Below the pieces are notes generated by a model that did no database searches, was not told the origin of the DNA, and worked only from the letters and a program-made list of their open reading frames with translations. The position numbers and the translations under genes were made by a program. Of a DNA stretch of 64,000 nt, positions 37,009 to 45,803 are shown one piece after another. The stretch is from a virus (Duplodnaviria > Caudoviricetes), in the IMG/VR virus record IMGVR_UViG_3300020450_001133, one strand, 5' to 3'. Every line of letters begins with the position of its first letter. The first letter of the stretch is position 1.

Positions 37009-39716
37009 TGGCATATAAACCTAACGAATTTAGAAAAAGTAAACGTAACCCACGTGATAAAATGCGTGAAGGTGCAGACCTTGACTTTGGTGTTTACATG
37101 GGCGAAGTTATTGTAAGACCTAAAGATGCAACACACAGCGGACGTATTACTGTTTATGTTCCTATGTTAAGTAAAGACAGAAATGACCCTGCAGGATATT
37201 TCCATTGTTATTGGAGTTCACCTTTTGCAGGCACAACTCCTTCAGCAAAAATAGGCGAGAATATAGCAGACTATCAAGACACAATGAAAACATATGGCAT
37301 GTGGATGGTTCCACCTGATCCTGGTAACTTTGTATTGATGTGTTTTGCAGATGGCAAAAAGAAAATGCCAGTCATTATAGGTTGTATGTTTCCGGATCAA
37401 ATGCAATACATGGTTCCGGGTAATGCCGCAGGTCCAACATATGGTGCAAATATGAATTTGCCTGTAGCAGAAAAAAACAAACTTGATGAAGATTTAGACC
37501 ATGGTAACAAAGCACAACGACCATTAAACAACATAATTACAGAATCAATTTTAAATCAAGGATTAATCAAAGACCCAATTAGAGGTATTACAACTGCAAG
37601 TGCAAGAAGAGAAAGTCCTTCACAAGTGTTTGGTATATTAACTCCAGGACCTGATAATAGAAATTTAAAAACAGGAAAAAACGACGGAACAAATAGAAGA
37701 GGTGGTCATTCATTTGTAATGGACGACCATATGGATCAACGTCATATAAGATTGCGTACAGCATTAGGCAATCAAATATTAATGGACGATACAAATGGTC
37801 TTATATATGTTATCAATAGAGATGGTACTGCTTGGGTAGAATTAGATGAAGCAGGAAGTATTAATGTTTACAGTAATGAAAATTTAAACATAAGAGCAAA
37901 GCAAGATATAAACATTAGAGCAGATAACAATCTAAATTTAGAAGGCGGTGTTAATGTAAACATAAGTGCTGGTGTGTTAGAATCAGGGGAAGGACCTGAT
38001 GGCTCCAGTGGACCATACGGTGATGTAAAAATACAATCTGGTAATAGTATTGAAAATTATACCATTAATAGATTTAAAGTTTTTACAAAAGACGAAGGCT
38101 CAGCAATAGAACATACGTCGGCAGGACAAATAAGAAACTTTTCACAATCTCAAATGCATATCCTTTCACAGGAAGAAATTTTTATGTCCACAAATGCAGA
38201 CATGCATGTTAAAAGTGGCGGCACAATGAATCAACAAGCAGGTGGAAGAAATAATATTATAGGATCAACTGTTCATTTAAATGATGGTGGAAGTGCTTCA
38301 CAGGCAGAACAGGCTACAGAAGTAGAAAGAATAGCACCAACAATTCACACAGATGTAAATGACCAAAATCCAGAATTTGAATACGAAGAAGGTAATGTAT
38401 CAGAAGATACAAATCCATTACCAACGGACGGTGAAAGACCGCCACCAGATCCAGATACATCTAACATAGCATCTATTTTACCAATAGTTACAACTGTTGA
38501 ACCTTGGATAGGACATGGTAGTGGCCCTGCAGGAGACCCGCAAACGGTAACAAAAGATGGCAGAGCAAGTGAAAATAATCCCACTAATGCTATTAATCCA
38601 AATGATACATCACCAGCAAACTATACTGCAGATAATGGACAATTACAAGTAGGCACAGGATACGATGGTGTTGCTGGAGATGACATCAAAGCGGCAGGAG
38701 GAAAACCAGGACCTGGTAGTATTGCAGATTATACTCCAACAGATTTAAAATCCACAATGTCTGATCCAAGTGGTTTAGGTGATTCTTTTTACAAATCAGA
38801 TTCTGCTAGTGTAGGAGCAGGTGTTATAGGCTCAGCAGTTAGTAATACAGCGATGCCTGTAGAATTAGACAACGGCAGAAAACTTTTAGGAAAAGGACAC
38901 ATACTATCTCCAGAAGAAGTAACTTCAGGTGTAACAGCATTTGGTGGTGGTAATATTTTAAATCCTAAATCAGGTGGACTTTTACCTGGAACAAATGTTA
39001 GTATAAACGATGCAACCAGTTTAGTTAAAGGTGGCATAACACAAGATTTAGCAAATGCAGGATTATCAAGAATTATGGGTTCCAAAGGATCTTATCAAAC
39101 AGGCACAGGATACATTATACATAACTTGGGAATGAATATGGCAACAGGTGTTGCAACCAAACTTGCAAAAAACACATTGGGCAATACTGCTAAATGGGTA
39201 GCATTAAGTTTAAGTGGTGCTCAAGGTGGTATGAGTAAAAATCAATACTTGGCAACAGTTATGTTTGCAGAAAGTATGGGAGAAGCAAATTGGATGACCA
39301 GTAGTGTAAAAAGTGCTATATTAAATGGCGACTATATAAGAGTGCCAATTGAAATGATGAACTACTCAAGCAACAAACAAGGATACAAACAGAATCTTGC
39401 AAACAGAAGAGTTTATGAAAGCACACTTTGGGGAATGCCTGACACTTATAATCCTAATCACACAGAAGGCAGTGGAACAGGTTGGGGAAACAAGGCGGCT
39501 CAAATACAATTAGACAATTATGAATTAACTAAAAAGTATGGTAAGTCATCACCTTCCTTCTTCCCAAGAAACGAAGATGCAAGAATTCCTTTAAGTAAAA
39601 TTGACCTTGCTGACAGAAATGATAAGGCAAAGTTCTATGATCCAAATGATGTAACGTTGAAAAACTTTGGTCAGCCTGGACCAATGTTACCGATGTTCAA
39701 TATATTTAATATCTAA
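37008..39716 (+). CDS. gp5: Baseplate central spike, gp5-like (OB fold, beta-helix repeats, lysozyme-like C-terminus)
   Basis: GRITVYVP, YGMWMVPPDPGNFVLMCF, GHSFVMDD, GTAWVELD, repeats NLNIRAKQDINIRADNNLNL; C-terminal helices resemble GH24 lysozyme. Confidence 0.8.
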   Translation: MAYKPNEFRKSKRNPRDKMREGADLDFGVYMGEVIVRPKDATHSGRITVYVPMLSKDRNDPAGYFHCYWSSPFAGTTPSAKIGENIADYQDTMKTYGMWMVPPDPGNFVLMCFADGKKKMPVIIGCMFPDQMQYMVPGNAAGPTYGANMNLPVAEKNKLDEDLDHGNKAQRPLNNIITESILNQGLIKDPIRGITTASARRESPSQVFGILTPGPDNRNLKTGKNDGTNRRGGHSFVMDDHMDQRHIRLRTALGNQILMDDTNGLIYVINRDGTAWVELDEAGSINVYSNENLNIRAKQDINIRADNNLNLEGGVNVNISAGVLESGEGPDGSSGPYGDVKIQSGNSIENYTINRFKVFTKDEGSAIEHTSAGQIRNFSQSQMHILSQEEIFMSTNADMHVKSGGTMNQQAGGRNNIIGSTVHLNDGGSASQAEQATEVERIAPTIHTDVNDQNPEFEYEEGNVSEDTNPLPTDGERPPPDPDTSNIASILPIVTTVEPWIGHGSGPAGDPQTVTKDGRASENNPTNAINPNDTSPANYTADNGQLQVGTGYDGVAGDDIKAAGGKPGPGSIADYTPTDLKSTMSDPSGLGDSFYKSDSASVGAGVIGSAVSNTAMPVELDNGRKLLGKGHILSPEEVTSGVTAFGGGNILNPKSGGLLPGTNVSINDATSLVKGGITQDLANAGLSRIMGSKGSYQTGTGYIIHNLGMNMATGVATKLAKNTLGNTAKWVALSLSGAQGGMSKNQYLATVMFAESMGEANWMTSSVKSAILNGDYIRVPIEMMNYSSNKQGYKQNLANRRVYESTLWGMPDTYNPNHTEGSGTGWGNKAAQIQLDNYELTKKYGKSSPSFFPRNEDARIPLSKIDLADRNDKAKFYDPNDVTLKNFGQPGPMLPMFNIFNI

Positions 39717-39946
39717 TCTTTTTTCTGAGACTCTAGTAATTTAATTTCATTTTGCAAATCTGAAATTTTTACCCATGCTCGATATTTTCCATCTTGCTCA
39801 TCTTTGATGTTTCTTTCAAGCAATTTAATATGGTCTCTAAGTTGATTGCACTCATTGTTCTTTTCAATAAGCATAAGTCTTATTTGCTCTTCTGCTGTAT
39901 TGTTAAGTGTGAGTATATCTTTGTTTTTAATCTCTATCGTTGTCAT
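39713..39946 (-). CDS. Small coiled-coil hypothetical protein
   Basis: 77-aa heptad-rich ORF overlapping the hydrolase stop codon. Confidence 0.65.
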   Translation of the reverse strand: MTTIEIKNKDILTLNNTAEEQIRLMLIEKNNECNQLRDHIKLLERNIKDEQDGKYRAWVKISDLQNEIKLLESQKKD

Positions 39947-40559
39947 TAAACACTCGTTCCTTTATTAAGTTTACTATGTCCATTGATAATAGCACTTCAT
40001 TGTGCGATAAGTCAACCGTTATATTTTCCTTATTCACAAATCCCACAGGAACTTTAGTTTGTGTTTCAATTGTAAGCAGTCCATCATTAGGAGAACTTCC
40101 TAGTCCAGCGAGTGCATTACCACTACCTGTTCCTGCTGTTATAATATTAGTTATCGGAATTTCACTATAAGTATCCGCAATGGCTGTCAAAAAAGCACTT
40201 CCTGGAGTCATTGTTGCAAAAAGTTTACTTTGTCTAAAAACTAACGATAGCCATTTTGCAGTTCTACTACCTGCCCACGGTGAACTTAATGCAAATAAAT
40301 GTTGAACATTGTCATAATATGATAGTAGTCGTGCAGATAGCACACAGCCGTAACTATGTGCAATTATAGAAAAAGGTTCATTATCTAAATTTTGGTCTAT
40401 AATAAATTTGAATCTTTTTAAAATTTCGTCTGGATCTTCTTGAACGTCATATTCCAAACTTAAAAGATTATGTTCTGGTAAAAATATTTCTAAAAAATTA
40501 AAACTTAATTTACTTTGACCACTGCCATGAATAAAGACAACATTAGTTTGGTTCGCCAT
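39927..40559 (-). CDS. Alpha/beta-fold hydrolase (lipase/esterase-like)
   Basis: VVFIHGSG, nucleophile elbow IAHSYG, SSPWAGS, NDG, LSHNEVL. Confidence 0.85.
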   Translation of the reverse strand: MANQTNVVFIHGSGQSKLSFNFLEIFLPEHNLLSLEYDVQEDPDEILKRFKFIIDQNLDNEPFSIIAHSYGCVLSARLLSYYDNVQHLFALSSPWAGSRTAKWLSLVFRQSKLFATMTPGSAFLTAIADTYSEIPITNIITAGTGSGNALAGLGSSPNDGLLTIETQTKVPVGFVNKENITVDLSHNEVLLSMDIVNLIKERVFNDNDRD

Positions 40560-40848
40560 CCCTTATTAACTGCTCCATAAGGTCAAACTCACGTGGGATT
40601 TTATTTTTTTGGCCCACCATATTAACCATTTCAAAAAGTACATATTTCTTAGTGTGGTAATCAAATATGCCGAGTGAATGAATTCTGTTGCCGTTTTTGT
40701 GCAACATTTTACGAAATCTAGGTCCATACCCACTAGATTCTACATAATTATTGTCATAGATTTTTTTGTTGACTTTGTATGCTAAATCAACTATCTTGTC
40801 GAAACGTTCTAATACGTTTTTCATTAGCCATCCTTTGTTAAGGTTCAA
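40543..40848 (-). CDS. Hypothetical protein (likely start at ATG 40824)
   Basis: AAAGGA precedes ATG 40824 (MKNVLERF...); no family recognised. Confidence 0.65.
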   Translation of the reverse strand: MNLNKGWLMKNVLERFDKIVDLAYKVNKKIYDNNYVESSGYGPRFRKMLHKNGNRIHSLGIFDYHTKKYVLFEMVNMVGQKNKIPREFDLMEQLIRDGEPN

Positions 40849-40854
40849 AAAATA

Positions 40855-40871
40855 ACGATAATGATTATCGT
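40855..40871. promoter_or_regulatory. Perfect inverted repeat ACGATAAT-G-ATTATCGT, Fur-box-like
   Basis: The core GATAATGATTATC fits the GATAAT-N-ATTATC 7-1-7 Fur model; upstream of the hydrolase operon. Confidence 0.45.
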
Positions 40872-40921
40872 CTCCAATGTTACTTATAAAATGTTATTTG
40901 GAATGTGCTTAAAAATGGTGT

Positions 40922-40954
40922 ATTAAAACTAGTTTTAATGGTATCAGATAAATA
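40922..40954 (+). promoter_or_regulatory. Perfect palindrome ATTAAAACTAGTTTTAAT (40922-40939) plus GATAAATA (40947-40954)
   Basis: Read directly; 7-nt spacer; ATG follows 5 nt after the motif. Confidence 0.75.
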
Positions 40955-40959
40955 TTGGT

Positions 40960-41331
40960 ATGGCAAACATTTACAAAGGCTTTAGTACAGTAAACAAGAT
41001 TAGGGCACCTTATACCTTAACGGATGCCGAACTTGTAAAAACTGATTTACTGAATGAACTCAATACTAGACAAGGTGAACGTGTTATGCGTCCAAAGTTT
41101 GGTACAAGAATTTTTGACATACTTATGAATCCACTAGATGAATATGTTGTCAATGAAGTTGAGGAAGATGTAATCAGAATTGTCAACAAAGACCCTAGAG
41201 TTGAACTACAAACAGTAAAGACAGATGTTTTGGATCACACAATAAGGTGTGCAGTACAACTTAGAATTTTGCCAAGATTAGGTAATGACGAGTTATATGT
41301 AGAATATGCTCGACAAGACGTAGAGTTATAA
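40960..41331 (+). CDS. gp25: Baseplate wedge subunit, gp25-like
   Basis: DLLNELNTRQGERVMRPKFGTRIFDILMNP, DPRVEL. Confidence 0.92.
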   Translation: MANIYKGFSTVNKIRAPYTLTDAELVKTDLLNELNTRQGERVMRPKFGTRIFDILMNPLDEYVVNEVEEDVIRIVNKDPRVELQTVKTDVLDHTIRCAVQLRILPRLGNDELYVEYARQDVEL

Positions 41332-41332
41332 T

Positions 41333-44300
41333 ATGGCAGTTAATAGTAGACAAAACAATTTATTTGCGGCAGAGGATTGGGACGTAGCCTATCAGGCATA
41401 TACGCAAGTAGATTTACAAGCATACGACTTCGATACAATTCGAAGTGCTATGGTCGAATATATAAAAACAAATTTCCCTGAAAACTTCAACGACTATATT
41501 GAAAGTTCAGAATTTATTGCTATTATAGAATTGTTAGCATATCTTGGACAAAGTATTGCTTTCAGAATGGATATCAATACTAGGGAAAACTTTTTAGAAA
41601 CTGCAGAAAGAAGAGATTCAGTATTTAAACTTGCAAGAATGTTAGGATACAATCCTAAAAGAAATATTCCAGCAAGTGGATTAATGAAGGTTGTGAGTAT
41701 ATCAACTACAGAACCTTTATCAGACAGCCTAGGCAATCAACTCAATAACAGAACAATCACATGGAACGATGCAAACAATCCAGACAGTTATGAGCAGTTC
41801 ATCACAGTAATGAATAGTGCCTTTGGTCAAGTAAACAGATTTAGTAAGCCTGTTAAGACAGGAACATTGGGTGGTATTGTAACAGACTTATACGAAATAA
41901 ATACCCCAACAAATGCTCCGTTAGTATTCAGTTTTGACTCAACCATAAACGGACAAAAAAGACAATTTGAATTTGTTAATTCTGATTTCACAGATAACAA
42001 ATTCTTTTTTGAAAAACATCCAGACCCTGTAAACAACTTTGGAATGATTTATAGAAATGACGGACTAGGTCTGTCAAGCAAAAACAATGGTTTCTTTATG
42101 TTGTTTAAACAAGGAAAACTAGAACAAAGAGATTTTGATTTTAGTGTGCCTGTAGAAAATAGAACAGAAGAAATTGGAGTATCAGGTATAAATGAAACAG
42201 ACGTATGGTTGCAACAATTAAACAGTTTGAAAACAGTCGTAAACAAATGGACAAGAATACCAAATACAGTTGGACAAACATTACAATATAATGTACAGGC
42301 AAAAAATACTCCATTGTTATATGCAATATCTAATTTAGGTACAGGTGGTATAAAATTAGAATTTGCTGATGGTAACTTTGCTAACGTTCCAGTAGGCGAT
42401 TATAGAGTATATTTCAGAAAGAGTGACAATGAAAGATTTACAATGTCACCTGACGATGTTGGAACCACATCTACTAGAATACCTTACATAAATGCTAAGG
42501 GAGTAAGATATGTTTTAACTGTTACTTCGCAATTACAAAATACAGTTAATAACAGTTTGCCTGAAGAAACAGTAGCAGGTATTAAAGAACGAGCACCACA
42601 ATCATACTATGCACAAGATAGAATGATTACAAACCAAGATTATCAAACATTGCCTTTAGCAAAGAATACTAATATTGCTAAACTTAAAGTTACTAATAGA
42701 ACACATGCAGGGCATAGTAGATATATTGATATCACAGACCCAACAAGCACATTCCAAACAACAGATGTAATTGCTGAGGATGGTGCATTATATTTAGACA
42801 ACGTATTTACTAGCAGTAATTTTGTTATTGATGTAAACAATACTGCTACAGAACAAATTGATAGAACAGTACAACTCATACTTAAAAATTTAAAACTAAA
42901 CGATTTTATTTACAGTACGTTTAGAGATAGTTGGCTGTTAAGACAACCTAATAAATTTAATTTAGAAAACTACAATATAGTATGGCACACATTGCCAAGA
43001 ACCACATCTAGTGTTACAGGATATATGACTGAAACATTTACACAGAATGGAACTATTGCTGACCTTAATGTTGCAGATCCTAATTTGCAACTTATACAAC
43101 CAGGTCATCTTATTAAATTTGTTAATCCACAAAACAAAGCAGAATTTATTTGGGCAAAGATTAAAGTTATACTTGATAATGGTAGACGTGGTGGAAACTT
43201 AACCACGGTGACAGGACCTATCACATTAAGTGAAGCAATACCTGAAAATTGGGAAGGTGTTGAATTAATTACAACTTTAAGAAAAACATTCTTTGACAGT
43301 GAAAAAACTGCACTCAGAAATGCATTAGAAACTAAAAAGACTTTTGGACTAGGGTATAACCCAAGCAACAACTATTACTATATAATTCAAAATAGTAATC
43401 TTAATGCAGGCACAGATTTTGATATTGGTAACGGAGAAGATACATCAGGTAATGGAAGAGATAAAAGTTGGTTATTAAAGTTTCAATACGAAAGCATTGA
43501 CACACTAAGTTATAGATATAATGTAACAACAAGAGGAACAGAGTATGTATTTGAAAGTTTCGAAGATGTAAGATTCTATGATGTGTCATCGAACAGAATT
43601 GTTGATAGTGGAACAGGTTTAGCAAAGTTTGATACAATTGAATTAACAACACTAAACAATAAACCTATATTAGAAGAAAATTTTGAATGGATAGATTCTA
43701 ATGCTACTCCAGACTTTATAGGTGATAAATGGTTCTCAGTAGAACTTGGTCAGACATTTGACCAAATACCATTAAGAAGCAGAGACACAAACTTCGATGA
43801 TGTTGAAGTAAAACTACAAAGTAACTTTGGTTTATTCAGAGAAGGTGATAGAACTAGTAATGCTTTTGTAAACGATGTTGTAATTGAATTAGGAACAACA
43901 TTTGATACTAGTGATGTTTCCAACACTAACGTAGTCATTGCAAACAATTCAGGAGTTATCAGTCAGTTACCTGGTAACATTAATATAGATTTCAGTAATA
44001 CAACATTTGGATATAATATTGTATCTGCAACTGGTAATGGTAATGTTGCATTCAAATACAATGCAGTTTCTTACGATACTGGAAACGTAGGATACGGACA
44101 ACACATAAGTTTAGCAAATGCAAACGTATCAACGCAAACAGGTAATTTGGTTATTGCAAATTATAATACTAAAAATCATTATGCTATAGATAGAACAGGT
44201 TTAACCAGTAAAGATAGACTTACTGTAACCTACCTTAATGAAAAAAGTAGATTAGAAAAACCAATTAAATGGAGTGCTGTTGGTAACTTTGTTTCTTCTG

Positions 44301-45790
44301 ATGGATACACAGATCCTAGAAAAGTTTTAGTAACACCTCAAAACAGCACAGGTGATGATAGTCCTGATAATCCTATTCAGTTTAAAGACTTTGTTAATCA
44401 AAGAAATATTATTTTATATGAAGATTTTGAAAGTTTCGACGGTTATACATATAGCAAACCAGTTAAAGCAGGAATATTAGATTTAAGAAGAGAAGATGGT
44501 GTTAATTTTAACGGAACATCATTTAGTAAAATAGCAGGTAACTCAACAGGAGAGGCAAGTACAGATACAGGTACTGTATATGAAGTAGCAGATTATGATT
44601 ATTTCTTAGTTAAAAAAGAAAGCATAATAGATACTTTTGATAATACAAACGGAAAGTTACATAATAAAAAAGTTTATGCACAAGACACTAATAAAGTATA
44701 TTTGATGACTTATAGTAGCACAAACTTAAATGTTGTAAAACATTATGAAAGTTCTAGACACAGAGCAAAAAAAGGAAGAAGTTTTACACAGAATACTCAA
44801 TCATCTGCACAAGATGGTGTAATTTTTAAATGGCAACATGTTGCAGATAATAGCATGAGAATTGATCCAAGTATTAGTAATGTACATGAGTTCTTTATTT
44901 TAACAGAAACATATTATGATAAAATACAATCATACTTGAATGTTCCAGGAACAACCTTCCCCATAGCACCAAGTAGTTCAGAATTAGAAACAGAATTTGA
45001 AAACTTGCAAGAATTCAAATCTGCAAGTGACCAACTCTTATTTAAGAGTGGTAAGTTTAAATTATTATTTGGTAATGATGCACAACAAAGTCTACAAGCA
45101 AGATTTAAAGTTGTTAGATTACCTGGTACAAGTATCAGCGATAACGAAATTAAAACAAAAGTTATAGCGGCAATCAATCGATATTTTGAAATAGATAATT
45201 GGGATTTTGGTGATACTTTTTACTTTACAGAATTAAGCAGTTACATACATCAACAAGTAGGTAATACTATCGGAAGTATTGTAATTGTACCTAAAAACAG
45301 TCAGGGTGTATTTGGAGATTTATTCCAGGTCAAGTGTAGTTCAGAAGAATTATTCTTAAGCACCGCAACAGTTTTAGATGTAGATGTTGTTGATAAACTA
45401 ACATCAGATAATTTAAGACCTGCACCTGCAACACAAAGTAACTTCTCAACATATGAAAATAGTTTAGAAGAAATTGGCCCATATGCAATAGATGGTTTTT
45501 ATCCTCTTTACAGCACGGCTGAAGCGGCTAACTTTGTAGGTGATGGCACAAACGAAACATTTAAGTTTTTTGGAAAAACATTTTATATGCCTAAAGGCGT
45601 AACACAGTTTAAAGGAAATTATGTAACCAATCAAGCCACAACTACAACTTACACAGGTACCACTGCAACAAATGATAGTGTTGGAAGTTCAGCATCATCA
45701 ACAGGTGGTTCAACAGGATCAGGTGGATCTGGATCTGGTGGATCAGGCGGTGGAGGTTCCGGTGGCGGTGGCGGTGGCTACGGCTATTAA
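41333..45790 (+). CDS. gp6: Baseplate wedge subunit, gp6-like, enlarged, with a Gly/Ser tail
   Basis: DFDTIRSAMVEYIK, ENFLETAERRDSVFKLARMLGYNPKR, EFADGNFANVP, APQSYYAQDRMITNQDY, FGDTFYFTELSSYI. Confidence 0.88.
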   Translation: MAVNSRQNNLFAAEDWDVAYQAYTQVDLQAYDFDTIRSAMVEYIKTNFPENFNDYIESSEFIAIIELLAYLGQSIAFRMDINTRENFLETAERRDSVFKLARMLGYNPKRNIPASGLMKVVSISTTEPLSDSLGNQLNNRTITWNDANNPDSYEQFITVMNSAFGQVNRFSKPVKTGTLGGIVTDLYEINTPTNAPLVFSFDSTINGQKRQFEFVNSDFTDNKFFFEKHPDPVNNFGMIYRNDGLGLSSKNNGFFMLFKQGKLEQRDFDFSVPVENRTEEIGVSGINETDVWLQQLNSLKTVVNKWTRIPNTVGQTLQYNVQAKNTPLLYAISNLGTGGIKLEFADGNFANVPVGDYRVYFRKSDNERFTMSPDDVGTTSTRIPYINAKGVRYVLTVTSQLQNTVNNSLPEETVAGIKERAPQSYYAQDRMITNQDYQTLPLAKNTNIAKLKVTNRTHAGHSRYIDITDPTSTFQTTDVIAEDGALYLDNVFTSSNFVIDVNNTATEQIDRTVQLILKNLKLNDFIYSTFRDSWLLRQPNKFNLENYNIVWHTLPRTTSSVTGYMTETFTQNGTIADLNVADPNLQLIQPGHLIKFVNPQNKAEFIWAKIKVILDNGRRGGNLTTVTGPITLSEAIPENWEGVELITTLRKTFFDSEKTALRNALETKKTFGLGYNPSNNYYYIIQNSNLNAGTDFDIGNGEDTSGNGRDKSWLLKFQYESIDTLSYRYNVTTRGTEYVFESFEDVRFYDVSSNRIVDSGTGLAKFDTIELTTLNNKPILEENFEWIDSNATPDFIGDKWFSVELGQTFDQIPLRSRDTNFDDVEVKLQSNFGLFREGDRTSNAFVNDVVIELGTTFDTSDVSNTNVVIANNSGVISQLPGNINIDFSNTTFGYNIVSATGNGNVAFKYNAVSYDTGNVGYGQHISLANANVSTQTGNLVIANYNTKNHYAIDRTGLTSKDRLTVTYLNEKSRLEKPIKWSAVGNFVSSDGYTDPRKVLVTPQNSTGDDSPDNPIQFKDFVNQRNIILYEDFESFDGYTYSKPVKAGILDLRREDGVNFNGTSFSKIAGNSTGEASTDTGTVYEVADYDYFLVKKESIIDTFDNTNGKLHNKKVYAQDTNKVYLMTYSSTNLNVVKHYESSRHRAKKGRSFTQNTQSSAQDGVIFKWQHVADNSMRIDPSISNVHEFFILTETYYDKIQSYLNVPGTTFPIAPSSSELETEFENLQEFKSASDQLLFKSGKFKLLFGNDAQQSLQARFKVVRLPGTSISDNEIKTKVIAAINRYFEIDNWDFGDTFYFTELSSYIHQQVGNTIGSIVIVPKNSQGVFGDLFQVKCSSEELFLSTATVLDVDVVDKLTSDNLRPAPATQSNFSTYENSLEEIGPYAIDGFYPLYSTAEAANFVGDGTNETFKFFGKTFYMPKGVTQFKGNYVTNQATTTTYTGTTATNDSVGSSASSTGGSTGSGGSGSGGSGGGGSGGGGGGYGY

Positions 45791-45803
45791 AAGGTAAAAA
45801 TTT

